In this document: positions 10,813-20,999 of the stretch, one piece after another | Position numbering within the stretch: position 1 is the stretch's first letter | Layout of the letters: every line of letters starts with the position of its first letter | IMG/VR virus record: IMGVR_UViG_3300031605_001661 | Location: 1 to 64,000 of that record | DNA: 64,000 nt | Origin: a virus | Lineage: Duplodnaviria; Caudoviricetes | Direction: 5' to 3' (one strand) | The notes under the pieces: model-generated | The model's database searches: none | What the model was told of the DNA's origin: nothing | What the model saw: only the letters and a program-made list of their open reading frames with translations | Made by a program: the position numbers and the translations under genes

Positions 10813-11682
10813 ATGGAAATTGTAGTAAAAGTAAATGATGGGCCTTCTTCTACGTCTTATAAGGATGGAGATATAGTACAGGCCTTTTCTATGCAGGGAA
10901 TATATGCCTGCCATGCCCAACACAAATGTCATGTGAACAATTTTGGATTGGATACGGATGGCTCAAGGTCTGCCGACCCGCTGCTGATTAAGTTTTTAGA
11001 GAAGACTAAGACTTATAAGTTCGAGCGAGTCAATTCTAATGACGTACTAAGAACTAATCTGGTTACAGATGAGCAAAAAACCATAAACACAAACATGGAT
11101 GCCGATGGAGAACGTATAGATGTTTATCAATATGTTTCAAGACGGTTAAAAAACAAGAAGCATTTAATGTTTAGGTCTAATGGATTAGAGTATTGGTATG
11201 GTAAATCCAGAAGTGATATAGATGTCGATTCAATATGGAATGATATAGAAACACATACAAATTTCTTGCAGTCAGATCATATCCATTTTCCACTTAGTGA
11301 TATTGAAAAAAGAATGTTTTTACCTATGAGTTGCTGTGCACATGGTCATGCACACGATCATACAGACCTTCCTGTTCACAACGCCTGCTTGGACTGTACT
11401 TGTGGATGTGTACTATCTGAGTCCTCAAATGAATTCATAGGTGAAAGACTTTCGTCTATTCTCATTGTTCATGACGAAGGAACAGACGAAGAATACAACG
11501 AGATTCTACACAAGAGAAAGTATCAAGTTCCATATTGGGATCTTACTTCAACTCTATCTCTAGACGTAGACGACATAAGAAACACCAACAAGGAAGTAGA
11601 TCTAAGGAAACCATTATCATTGAGACCTGCTGCCGATCTATTAATTCAAGATAAAATCGCCGCAGGGGTAGTAAATGAATAA
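10813..11682 (+). CDS. Hypothetical protein with His/Cys-rich segment
   Basis: AGGAG RBS before ATG 10813; contains CCAHGHAHDHTDLPVHNACLDCTCGC. Confidence 0.6.
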   Translation: MEIVVKVNDGPSSTSYKDGDIVQAFSMQGIYACHAQHKCHVNNFGLDTDGSRSADPLLIKFLEKTKTYKFERVNSNDVLRTNLVTDEQKTINTNMDADGERIDVYQYVSRRLKNKKHLMFRSNGLEYWYGKSRSDIDVDSIWNDIETHTNFLQSDHIHFPLSDIEKRMFLPMSCCAHGHAHDHTDLPVHNACLDCTCGCVLSESSNEFIGERLSSILIVHDEGTDEEYNEILHKRKYQVPYWDLTSTLSLDVDDIRNTNKEVDLRKPLSLRPAADLLIQDKIAAGVVNE

Positions 11683-13525
11683 ATGCCAGTGCCCACAATC
11701 AGGATTTTGTGAATTCTTTAGACAGGAAATGACATATAGTCCTCCTAATTGGCAATGGTGTCAAAATGCTACCCAAAAAAAAAGAGAAGAATATAAAATA
11801 ACTTGCGATAAAAAACACGATAGAAAAATGAGATTACGGGATGAAAGTTTTTTCATTACATGTAAAGCTATGGTGGACGATTGTGTTAATCTTTTAATTC
11901 CCAAAATATCAACAATGCAAATCTCTGGAATTGTTGGCATACCACGATCTGGAATGCTTGTGTCTTCTATTTGTGCTACACTCTTGAACTTGCCGCTTTA
12001 TACTTTAAGCCAAGGTGAAATTGTTCCTTGTAATTCTATATCTGAATTTGGCGGGGACAGGATGTCGGGTTACGAACCGAGTTCTGGAAAGTCATTGGTG
12101 TTAGATGATACAGTATTTGGCGGCGGCACTTTAGAAAAAATAAAGACATCCCTTGGCAATAATTATTATTATGGCGCACTTTATGTAAGACCCGACCTTA
12201 TAGAAAAGGTTGATATTTTTGGCAAAGAATTAAATAGTCCACATCTACTTGAATGGCACTTCTTTAAGTCCAACCATACTGAAAATTCGCTATTTGATTT
12301 AGACGGAATTCTCTCGCCAAACGTGCCATCAGAATGTCAGGATGAAGAATCTTATATTCGCTATATAAAAAATGTAAAACCTTTTTATCACAGGATACCC
12401 AAGACACGTTGCAAAGGCATAGCTACTGCACGCTTAGAAAAATATCGATCAATTACAGAAGATTGGCTAAAGCGATATGGTATTAAATATGGGTTCTTAA
12501 AAATGTATCCCACAGAGAAGGAAGAAGTAAGAAACAAAAATCATGTAAAAGAAGCGGCATCCTTCAAATCTAAAGTTTTTTATGAGTCAGACGCTAAGTT
12601 CTTTGTAGAGAGCGAAACGGCAGAAGCTGCTTTGATAAGAGCAGAAACGAAGAAGCTTGTCATTTGTCCAAACGTTTATCCAAACATTTATCCAAACAAT
12701 ACAAAACAACTTCCACCCCCTTTAGACTTAGTTGATCCAATATCACTCAACGACACATTGCCTGAAAAGAAATCTGACTTGGCCATTTGTGTAATTCCGG
12801 CAAACAAACAGGCAATGGATCAGCTTAATATCACGAGAGGAAACATTATAAAATACGCAAAAAGATGCAAAGCTGATTATGTAGAACTTAAAGGAGACAA
12901 ATCACCCGACTGGCCCATGTATAACAAATTCAGATTAAGGCAGGTTGTAGAAAATTACGAACACACCTTGTATCTTGATTGCGACGTAGTAATTAAGGAT
13001 GACGCTCCAAATATTTACAAAAATTTCAAGTCAGATAAGGTTTGCTTTGCTAATGAGTGGGACATTCTCGAAGAATCTTATGATAAACTATTAGAAGGAA
13101 TGTTAAGAGAAAGACAGAATGCCATTGAAGAGTATTCACACCTCGCTAAAAACAACAGAGCGGTGCAGCCGAATGGAGGGGTAATGCTGTTCCCAAAGAG
13201 TTTGGCCTGCAAGTATTCCCAACCTCCGAACCCCTATGCTAAAAGGTGGTGTTTTGATCAAGACTATCTGTTGTTAAACTTAAAAGACGATGAATTCGAG
13301 ATAATAGACTGGAGATATAACTTGGAATTCATTGATTCAAATTTTTGGAATAAGATAGAAGATGCTTATTTCATTCATTTAAACGGTTCTAAACCGATCA
13401 AGTACAGACTTGAATTGTTAAGCAGGTTGACTAAAGGAGATTATTCTTTCTTTAATCCGCCAAAACCAAAAGATGACGATTCTACGATGGAAAAATTCAG
13501 ACCAAGCTGGTGGCGTCCATGCTAA
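11675..13525 (+). CDS. Multidomain phosphoribosyltransferase-like + HAD-like + GT-A glycosyltransferase fusion
   Basis: GIPRSG and VLDDTVFGGGT (PRPP-binding loop); FDLDG...ATAR (HAD motifs I/II); YLDCD, NGGVML, DQDYL, FIHLNG (GT8/GT34-like). Confidence 0.65.
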   Translation: MNKCQCPQSGFCEFFRQEMTYSPPNWQWCQNATQKKREEYKITCDKKHDRKMRLRDESFFITCKAMVDDCVNLLIPKISTMQISGIVGIPRSGMLVSSICATLLNLPLYTLSQGEIVPCNSISEFGGDRMSGYEPSSGKSLVLDDTVFGGGTLEKIKTSLGNNYYYGALYVRPDLIEKVDIFGKELNSPHLLEWHFFKSNHTENSLFDLDGILSPNVPSECQDEESYIRYIKNVKPFYHRIPKTRCKGIATARLEKYRSITEDWLKRYGIKYGFLKMYPTEKEEVRNKNHVKEAASFKSKVFYESDAKFFVESETAEAALIRAETKKLVICPNVYPNIYPNNTKQLPPPLDLVDPISLNDTLPEKKSDLAICVIPANKQAMDQLNITRGNIIKYAKRCKADYVELKGDKSPDWPMYNKFRLRQVVENYEHTLYLDCDVVIKDDAPNIYKNFKSDKVCFANEWDILEESYDKLLEGMLRERQNAIEEYSHLAKNNRAVQPNGGVMLFPKSLACKYSQPPNPYAKRWCFDQDYLLLNLKDDEFEIIDWRYNLEFIDSNFWNKIEDAYFIHLNGSKPIKYRLELLSRLTKGDYSFFNPPKPKDDDSTMEKFRPSWWRPC

Positions 13526-14082
13526 TCAACGAAAAGCTGGAGATGATCGTGTGGCAACCATTTAAGAACTACAGCACGTCACTGGCTAAGTACCTTCTGG
13601 ATCATAGAGTTTTCGGACGGGGAAACCAGTTTAAGTTTGTACAGGGGCCGGTTCCCTATCTAGATAATGATTTAAAAGAATTTGATCGTGCACCATCTCT
13701 AGGGCATACGAATTGGTTTCCAAAAGTATCCACTCACTATACTAAGGTTCTGCCAATAAGAAACCCTTACGACAGAGTAATAAGCCAATGGAAACATGCA
13801 TTAAAATATGATGGAGGACTTTCCTTTGACGATTTTTTATTCAATAACTCAAAACAACTAATACAATTCCCGGCAACCAAAGTCTATAAATACGATAAAC
13901 TGATTAAAGTTGAAAACATAGAGCAGGAACTCAAAGACTTATCGTTGTTTAACGATAAGTACAATTTTCCTCATGAGAACAAATCAAAAGAGTCTGATAA
14001 CTTTCAGTTAGAAGAAAAACAAAAGGAACTGATATATTACCTGCACTATAGTGATTTTCAGACAGGTGGGTATGATAAATGA
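13510..14082 (+). CDS. Sulfotransferase family 2-like protein
   Basis: KNYSTS (5'-PSB-like), IRNPYDRVISQW (3'-PB), C-terminal Y..DF...GY. The true start may be a few codons downstream. Confidence 0.6.
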   Translation: MASMLINEKLEMIVWQPFKNYSTSLAKYLLDHRVFGRGNQFKFVQGPVPYLDNDLKEFDRAPSLGHTNWFPKVSTHYTKVLPIRNPYDRVISQWKHALKYDGGLSFDDFLFNNSKQLIQFPATKVYKYDKLIKVENIEQELKDLSLFNDKYNFPHENKSKESDNFQLEEKQKELIYYLHYSDFQTGGYDK

Positions 14083-14804
14083 GATTGTTAGAATTGTCTA
14101 AATTTGAACCTATATTTGGCGAGCTTAAGGGGCTTCGTATTGGAATCGTAGACGGTGTTGGAAACGTTGGCGACGACTTGCTTTATTTGGCCACAAGACA
14201 ACTTTGCGACGAATTTGACATAGACCATTTTACGGTAAACCCTTTAGCCGAAGACCCTATTCCGAAGTGCGATAAGCTACTACTCTTTGCTGGAGGCAAT
14301 GTCGGATACCCAAAGTGTGCCGCCATAAGAAGAAAAGCATATGAATCTGGAACACCCTGCTGGATGCTTCCCCAATCCGTATTCAGGAAAGAAGAGTTGC
14401 CTTTTGAGAGGTTGTTCTTCAGGGAGTCTAAAAGCAGGGACATAATTGGAAAAGGAGAGATAGTGCCTGACTTAGCTTTAGGCTTTGACTTTCCAGAAAT
14501 AGAGTGTGAAAAGTCTGGCGATGAGCGGTTTTTAAGAGCGACCAACGAGAGTGTCTTTATTTATATTCCAAGAGAGCAGAGGAAAGATCCGGCTTCCTTC
14601 TGTCATACCCCCATTCAGTACTGGGAGTACGCAGCAAAATATGATCGCATAACAACAGACAGGCTTCATTTTGCTATTTGTGGCATCGCCATGAAGTCAA
14701 AAGTAACACTATTGCCAATGTATTATCACAAAAACAAGACTATGTTTGATGAATATCTAAAAGAGCTTGGATGCCTTTATACAGATGAAATAAGTAACCA
14801 GTGA
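14079..14804 (+). CDS. Polysaccharide pyruvyl transferase family protein
   Basis: GNVGDDL, AGGN, PQS, FRE..S, PDLA and TDRLH motifs. Confidence 0.8.
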   Translation: MRLLELSKFEPIFGELKGLRIGIVDGVGNVGDDLLYLATRQLCDEFDIDHFTVNPLAEDPIPKCDKLLLFAGGNVGYPKCAAIRRKAYESGTPCWMLPQSVFRKEELPFERLFFRESKSRDIIGKGEIVPDLALGFDFPEIECEKSGDERFLRATNESVFIYIPREQRKDPASFCHTPIQYWEYAAKYDRITTDRLHFAICGIAMKSKVTLLPMYYHKNKTMFDEYLKELGCLYTDEISNQ

Positions 14805-15838
14805 GTAAAATTCGAATATTACAACCACTTGTTGAATTTCACAATACATTCAGTAAAATTACATACGAATACTTATACGATAACCAAAAATACTCATTCA
14901 CAAATAAGTTTCTATCAAAAATTGATAATCTGTATGCGGGGGTAGAGGGGTTAATCAGCGTCTTTATACCTCACTGTATTTTGACCGGAGCCAGAATTGA
15001 GACAGATATACCAGTTGACCAAAAATATTTAGATAGCGTACAAAATCTAGTAGGTGTCTTCAGAAGGTGGCATGATGACAATGATCTCAAGTTAGACATT
15101 AAAGCTCCCCCCGCAGACTCAGCAGTTCAGATCGAAAACAGCAGGAATCTAGCATCGTTCACCATGGGGGTCGATAGCTTCTATACTCTGTATGCCAATT
15201 TAGAAAACATAGACAGTATCATGTTTGTAGTTGGTTTTGACATCAGAAAAAAACAAAACACTTTGCTAGAAACAACTTTAAAAAAACTTAAGGAAGTATC
15301 TAAAATTTATGGAAAAAGGCTAATTTTATGCGAAACAGATTTGAAAAATGAGGCCAACCACGGCAAAGGGTTTGATTGGGGCAATTATCTTCATGGAGCC
15401 GCTATATTTAATGTCGCTTATGGTTTGTCTAATATATTTAATAAATTCATGATGCCAAGCACCTTTAAGTCAAACGATGATTTTAAATGGGGTTCACACT
15501 TCTTTCTAGACAAGCATTACTCATCCAGTGTGTTAAAAATCAGACATGATGGGGATTTAAGCAGAACAGACAAGGTTAAATTCATAACCAATCATGATCT
15601 CAGATGCTTGGAGTATCTAAGAGTTTGCCACATAAACAAAAATCAAGACTATAATTGCACAGACTGTAAGAAGTGTTTAAGAACTCTCTGTACGTTGGAA
15701 ATACTAGGCTATAAAGATGAAGCGACAACATTTAAAAAGAATGTAGATGGAAGAGATTTTTTTAAATTGGACATTAGCGACGAAATGGAACAGGGCGTTG
15801 TTGATGACATAAGAAAATTAGAATCAGACTTGAAATAG
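14801..15838 (+). CDS. PP-loop (adenine-nucleotide alpha-hydrolase / QueC-like) protein associated with glycan genes
   Basis: FTMGVDSF (SGGxDS-like), WGSH, R..K, VC...NC..C.KC.RT zinc motif. Confidence 0.55.
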   Translation: MSKIRILQPLVEFHNTFSKITYEYLYDNQKYSFTNKFLSKIDNLYAGVEGLISVFIPHCILTGARIETDIPVDQKYLDSVQNLVGVFRRWHDDNDLKLDIKAPPADSAVQIENSRNLASFTMGVDSFYTLYANLENIDSIMFVVGFDIRKKQNTLLETTLKKLKEVSKIYGKRLILCETDLKNEANHGKGFDWGNYLHGAAIFNVAYGLSNIFNKFMMPSTFKSNDDFKWGSHFFLDKHYSSSVLKIRHDGDLSRTDKVKFITNHDLRCLEYLRVCHINKNQDYNCTDCKKCLRTLCTLEILGYKDEATTFKKNVDGRDFFKLDISDEMEQGVVDDIRKLESDLK

Positions 15839-15897
15839 ACAGAAAAGCCCTAGGGCTTCATATATATTATATAAAACATTAGTTAAGAGGAAACAAA

Positions 15898-16227
15898 ATG
15901 CCTAGCGTAACCTTTACATACCCCGATGAATTGCAAGAATTGGTTCATAGTGCTGCGTGTTCTCAATATGGATATTTAGAAGAAATTGAAAATCCTGAAT
16001 TCATCACAACAGAAACAATAAGTGAATCAAATCCTAAAATGATACCAAACCCAGTATCAAAGGGAGAATTCACCAGACAGGTTGTCATTGATTTCATATC
16101 AGAGGTCGTTAAGTCTTACTCTATGACGGTTGCAAAAGAGCAAGCTATCGAAGGCGCCTTGGCTCAATGGGATGCAATCGTCGCATCTAGTGAAAATCTT
16201 ATCACCTCAGAGGAAGTCCCTAATTAA
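15898..16227 (+). CDS. Hypothetical protein
   Basis: GAGG RBS; stop overlaps the next start (TAATG). Confidence 0.6.
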   Translation: MPSVTFTYPDELQELVHSAACSQYGYLEEIENPEFITTETISESNPKMIPNPVSKGEFTRQVVIDFISEVVKSYSMTVAKEQAIEGALAQWDAIVASSENLITSEEVPN

Positions 16228-16775
16228 TGGCATTTATTCTTGACATAACCGATTTTCCAGACGAAACATTATTCGCAACAATCGAACGAATAAACGATGG
16301 TTACTTTTGGAATAATACTACTAGCGACTATGCAGCAAGCCCTAGTTTGAGTGATAAAAAAATATCTCTCGCTGAGGGGGCCAATGAGAACAAAGGATCA
16401 TATACAGCAAGTATAAGCGGCCTGGGGTCTACCAAACTAAGAATTAGAATACATGACGACAATGATTCAGATATAGTCATATCCATGGGAACAGTGCTTG
16501 TAGACAATGGCGTTGAAGTCACAGGATCTATAACTTCTGGCACTCTAGAAGCATCTGCTTCTAATGAAATAGCAGATGCTATTCTATCTAGAAGTGTTTC
16601 TAATGTTGAGGCTACAGCGCCAGAACATTCATTGGCGACAATTATACTAGCAACTTTAGAATCAAGTATTGCAGGATCAACATGGAAGATAAAAAGAACA
16701 AATGGCACCACAGTGCATGCGTCTAAGACTGTTACGACTGATCCTAATGCCACGCCAATTATTGCGGTAGATTGA
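16227..16775 (+). CDS. Hypothetical, probably virion structural protein
   Basis: Acidic, S/T-rich ORF coupled to the upstream gene. Confidence 0.5.
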   Translation: MAFILDITDFPDETLFATIERINDGYFWNNTTSDYAASPSLSDKKISLAEGANENKGSYTASISGLGSTKLRIRIHDDNDSDIVISMGTVLVDNGVEVTGSITSGTLEASASNEIADAILSRSVSNVEATAPEHSLATIILATLESSIAGSTWKIKRTNGTTVHASKTVTTDPNATPIIAVD

Positions 16776-16796
16776 CATCAAAAACATACATCAAAG

Positions 16797-16804
16797 TATA
16801 AATA
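16797..16804 (+). promoter_or_regulatory. T4-type late promoter TATAAATA
   Basis: Exact TATAAATA in an intergenic gap, about 35 nt before a leader-bearing ORF. Confidence 0.45.
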
Positions 16805-16837
16805 ATATACTAGAATATCAATGCCTTGGAGAAAACA

Positions 16838-17323
16838 ATGACCTTTAAAAAATATTGCATTAATAGAAATATTGAAGAAGCCGTACAAATATTAGAATAC
16901 CTAGAATCTCAAGGTGTTGTGGAAGAAGGGGTTTTAGGAAACTTGGCTGGAAGAGCCGCTAAAGGCATTGTAAACGCTGGCGTTGCCGTTGGAAAACGTG
17001 CTTTAGATACCGCCGTCAGTGGTGTTGGACAAGGAGCTATAGAAGGTGGGAAAAGAGCTTTAAACGTAGCGATGGGAAAAGGAAAAGATCCTGCCCCAAT
17101 GATTGGTAACGCAATTTCCAATTTAAATGCTGCCATAAAGCTTTCCCCTGACTTGTCGAAAACATTATCCCCTGTTTTAAGAGATCTTGGCAAACAACAA
17201 AAACATCTCGCCACCCAGAAAGCACCCGCTGCACCCGCTGCACCCGCTGCACCTAAAACCACCAGCGTAGCCGCCCGGTCGGTGGCAGCGATGAAGTCAA
17301 GTAAATCTGCTGCGGGAGTTTAA
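16838..17323 (+). CDS. Putative head-internal protein with targeting leader (MTFKKY...IEE)
   Basis: GGAG RBS at 16828; Ala/Gly/Lys-rich amphipathic body; APA x3 repeat (gcacccgct) at about 17222-17250. Confidence 0.6.
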   Translation: MTFKKYCINRNIEEAVQILEYLESQGVVEEGVLGNLAGRAAKGIVNAGVAVGKRALDTAVSGVGQGAIEGGKRALNVAMGKGKDPAPMIGNAISNLNAAIKLSPDLSKTLSPVLRDLGKQQKHLATQKAPAAPAAPAAPKTTSVAARSVAAMKSSKSAAGV

Positions 17324-17832
17324 GACTTTAAAAAGGCTGCATAAGTGTTAGAAATGGTATCAGACATTCTAGCCGCTTGAACGGCACTCATAAAAATCCT
17401 GCAATTGACTGTGGCTCTTGGCACAAAATTAGATAAAAAGTCAAACTTAAACTCTGCGTCTGTGTATCGCATCATAATTCCATTTGCATAGAATCCCATT
17501 ATAGTTTCATCTGTAATCGACAGATCATCATAAATTTCTTGAGGCGTAGGAGCGGCAGATTCTTTTACGATTTCTTCTTTCAAAGGTTCCACTTTTTTAC
17601 CGACAGGCGATGAACCATGCACAGATTCATAATCCTCTAGGTTCTTTTTAAGTGCCGCAGCAAATGAACCCATTACAGCATGCGGAATTATAACACGAGC
17701 ACATACCACGGCGGGAGTTTCAAAGCCTTGTACGAAATCTAAGATAAATTCATGGGACCCAGTAACAATAATTACGCTTGTGCAAAAAAATCCATTTTTA
17801 ACGGACTCTGGGACTCTAGCGGATAATTTCAT
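17320..17832 (-). CDS. DUF3467-like protein, two tandem domains
   Basis: Twice-repeated G.F/Y.N/T...EF.LDF...A.V..RI/V.. pattern. Confidence 0.65.
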   Translation of the reverse strand: MKLSARVPESVKNGFFCTSVIIVTGSHEFILDFVQGFETPAVVCARVIIPHAVMGSFAAALKKNLEDYESVHGSSPVGKKVEPLKEEIVKESAAPTPQEIYDDLSITDETIMGFYANGIMMRYTDAEFKFDFLSNFVPRATVNCRIFMSAVQAARMSDTISNTYAAFLKS

Positions 17833-18857
17833 ATCTCATCAACCTCTAAATCATAATCAAATTGTAGTGCTATGCTTTCAATCTCATTATATAGGTCAGG
17901 ATGGATTTCAATTTTATCTGATTTATTTTCAAACTCAATGTCGCCCGGAACCAATACATGATTTCCTGTTTTTTTCAATTCATCTCTAACTTCAGAAACC
18001 TTGTTTTTAAACAATTCAACTTCTATAAAATGTGCAGGATTTATGACTAAAAAAAAGTGCCCTATATCATATGGCATTCCTTTCAATCCTTCATAATGAC
18101 CTCGCAATTTGCTTAACGCAGACCCATTACTAAGTGCGGAACAAAACAACTCTATAGCTACAGACAATCCATATCCCTTATGCCCTCCTATAGTTTTTAA
18201 AGCAGCTTCCCCAATTTTTAACAATTCCAACAAATCAGTTGGATTCTCAGTCTCTGGAATTGCCATGTCCTTGGGAACAGACTTGCCCTCTCTTTCCCAC
18301 ACTTCAACATTTCCTCGCTGAACAGCAGAAGTGGCACAATCAATAAGAAAAGGATGTGTGTTAGAAGGCATCCCAATAGAAAATGGGTTAGTCCCTAAAA
18401 TAGATTTGTTCCCACCAAAAGCGGCAACAGATGGCCGAGCATTAGTGAAAACGATACCGATCATATCCTCTTCAACCGCCATCAAAGAATAATACCCACA
18501 TATCCCAAAATGAGAGGAGTTTTTGGCAACTACACATCCTACCCCATATTCAGATGCCCTCTCAATTGCCATATTCATTGAATTATATCCAACAACTTGC
18601 CCCATGCCATTATTCCCATCGACAACAGCAGTGGCATGATTGGAATTGACTATTTTAAATAACGTAGAGGTATTTTGAATTCCGTCATATATTCTTTGTA
18701 TATAATATCCTAAGCGACTTACCCCATGAGTATTAAAGCCATACATATCAGCTTTGACTATCACGTCTGATACAATTAAACTATCTTCTAAAGGAACACC
18801 CAGTTCAACAAAAACATGTGAAACAAATTTTTTCAATAAATTAAATTTAATTTTCAT
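17829..18857 (-). CDS. Ldh_2 (type-2 malate/L-lactate dehydrogenase family) oxidoreductase
   Basis: D..G..THG, DGNNGMG, NSSHFG, GTNP, D.ATS and GGHKGYGL motifs. Confidence 0.9.
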   Translation of the reverse strand: MKIKFNLLKKFVSHVFVELGVPLEDSLIVSDVIVKADMYGFNTHGVSRLGYYIQRIYDGIQNTSTLFKIVNSNHATAVVDGNNGMGQVVGYNSMNMAIERASEYGVGCVVAKNSSHFGICGYYSLMAVEEDMIGIVFTNARPSVAAFGGNKSILGTNPFSIGMPSNTHPFLIDCATSAVQRGNVEVWEREGKSVPKDMAIPETENPTDLLELLKIGEAALKTIGGHKGYGLSVAIELFCSALSNGSALSKLRGHYEGLKGMPYDIGHFFLVINPAHFIEVELFKNKVSEVRDELKKTGNHVLVPGDIEFENKSDKIEIHPDLYNEIESIALQFDYDLEVDEI

Positions 18858-18893
18858 GGGCTGGCATATTCTTTAAATAGGGATAAATAATAT

Positions 18894-19568
18894 ATGTTTA
18901 AAGTAGCACATCGAGGAGCCAGTGGATATGAACCAGAAAATACCATTTTGGCATTTGAAAAAGCACTTGAATTACAAGTGGACATAATTGAGTTAGATGC
19001 TCGCTTGTGCAAAACTGGGGAGCTAGTAATACTTCACGATGAAGATTTGAAACGAACTACTGACGGCGAAGGTCTTGTACACTTTAAAAGCATAGAAGAA
19101 CTTAAATTATTAAATGCGGGGAAAACCGAAACAATACCTACATTGATTGAAGCATTAAATTACCTTAATCAACAATGCCAAGTCAACATTGAATTGGTTT
19201 CTAAAGGAGCAGGAGCAGCCACAGCAGAATTGCTTAAATCAAATAAATGGCAATTAGACAATATCCTTATTTCAAGCTTTAGAATTAATGAACTGAAAGC
19301 ATTAAACTCATTAATTCCTGATGTGCGGTTGGGATACTTGGCTATGGAGATAACATCAAAACAAGCTAAAGAATTAAGACAATTAAATTTTTATTCAATT
19401 GGATTAGAAAAAAATTGTCTTAAAAAAGATGTGTTTGTTCAATTGCATGACATGGGGTTGAAAATTTTTGTCTTTACTGTTAATGACGTTGAAGAAATTG
19501 AACATTTTGCAAGAATGGGGGTGGACGGAATTATTTCCGATTACCCTGACAGGATATCTCAGTTTTGA
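18894..19568 (+). CDS. Glycerophosphodiester phosphodiesterase (UgpQ/GlpQ family)
   Basis: AHRGAS..PENT..AF, ELD, HD..L.RTT, IPTL.E, FTVND, GVDGIISDYP. Confidence 0.95.
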   Translation: MFKVAHRGASGYEPENTILAFEKALELQVDIIELDARLCKTGELVILHDEDLKRTTDGEGLVHFKSIEELKLLNAGKTETIPTLIEALNYLNQQCQVNIELVSKGAGAATAELLKSNKWQLDNILISSFRINELKALNSLIPDVRLGYLAMEITSKQAKELRQLNFYSIGLEKNCLKKDVFVQLHDMGLKIFVFTVNDVEEIEHFARMGVDGIISDYPDRISQF

Positions 19569-19580
19569 TATAATATAAAT

Positions 19581-20987
19581 ATGAATCTACTTAAAATCCA
19601 GAATGATTATTCTTGGCTAACCTCTGAAGATAATGAACTCAAAACAAAGCTTTGGAGTTCATTAAGATTTAGAGAAAAAAACTATTTTCATAGTCGTTTA
19701 TACAAACAAAAATTATGGGACGGATATACTGAATTCTTCAACAAATTGACCGGCAAATTTCTTACCGGACTTCTTCCAGAAGTAACAACCGCCTTAAAGA
19801 TATTAGAATCAGAATACGAAATAAATGACTGCCGAGAAGTAATTGAATTTAACATTGAAAATGTTGATGAAGATTTTTTAGGCAATGATATAACTTTACA
19901 CGATTACCAAGTAGATTTTATAAATCAGATAATAAAAAATAAAAGAGGGATAATTTACTCCCCAACATCTTCAGGCAAGACATTCATAATGGTTGGCACC
20001 TTAAAGGCACTCCCGCCAAACACACCCACTTTGGTCTTAGCCAACAGAAAAAGTCTTGTATCCCAAAACTATGAAGAAATTAAAAAATGGGGGTTTAAAG
20101 ATGTAGGGAGATTATATGACAAATACAAAGAACCAAATATGATAACCTGTGCAACCGTTCAATCACTGCACAAAATAGAAAAACTGCTCCCAAAAATACA
20201 AGTGGTTATGGTAGATGAAATTCATGAAAACATGAGCAAAAGACCAAAAGCAATATATAAAAAACTTAAGGCCGCTGGTGTGAGGATCGCCTTAAGCGCC
20301 ACACCATTCAAATTTGGAGGGAAAGATAAAACCCAAAAATACTCGGTCAAAGGATTCTTCGGACCAGTGTTAAAAACAAAAGCTTCTAAAACCGGCATCC
20401 TTACTACAAAAAGTTTGCAAGATAGAAACATATTGTCGCCATCTAAAGCAACTTTCTATCCCATCAATGAACCACAACTGCCTTACGACATTTATCTTGA
20501 CGCTGTCACCCATGGAATTGCAGAATCGTGGCATTTCCATGAAATTGTTTCACGATTGACTACCAGTCTAAAAGGAAGAACTTTAATATTGGTTGATCGA
20601 CTTGCTCACGGAGATGCTTTGAAAAGTTTGTTGCCGAATTCATTATGGGTGCAAGGGAAAGACGACATCGAGACAAGAAAACAAGTAATTGAACAACTTC
20701 AAAAATCTAAAGATGATGTTGTAGCCATAGCAACACAAGGAATCTTTAACTCAGGCATTAATGTTTTTACACACAACCTAATCAACGCCGCAGGGGGACA
20801 GGCAGACCACCAAATAATACAAAGAATGGGGCGTGGATTAAGAACGGCAGACGATAAAGAAATATTACAATACTATGATTTCATTTTTAATATAAATGAT
20901 TATCTTCTTGAACATTCTAAAAAGAGAATAAAAATTCTAACTAAAGAAGGTCATGATGTGACTGTAAAAGAAGAAATTGATTTTTAA
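19581..20987 (+). CDS. uvsW: UvsW-like SF2 DNA helicase
   Basis: WDG N-terminal motif, DYQ, PTSSGKT, DEIH, SATP, GIN, QRMGRGLR, YDF. Confidence 0.85.
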   Translation: MNLLKIQNDYSWLTSEDNELKTKLWSSLRFREKNYFHSRLYKQKLWDGYTEFFNKLTGKFLTGLLPEVTTALKILESEYEINDCREVIEFNIENVDEDFLGNDITLHDYQVDFINQIIKNKRGIIYSPTSSGKTFIMVGTLKALPPNTPTLVLANRKSLVSQNYEEIKKWGFKDVGRLYDKYKEPNMITCATVQSLHKIEKLLPKIQVVMVDEIHENMSKRPKAIYKKLKAAGVRIALSATPFKFGGKDKTQKYSVKGFFGPVLKTKASKTGILTTKSLQDRNILSPSKATFYPINEPQLPYDIYLDAVTHGIAESWHFHEIVSRLTTSLKGRTLILVDRLAHGDALKSLLPNSLWVQGKDDIETRKQVIEQLQKSKDDVVAIATQGIFNSGINVFTHNLINAAGGQADHQIIQRMGRGLRTADDKEILQYYDFIFNINDYLLEHSKKRIKILTKEGHDVTVKEEIDF

Positions 20988-20999
20988 TCTCACCAGTTC

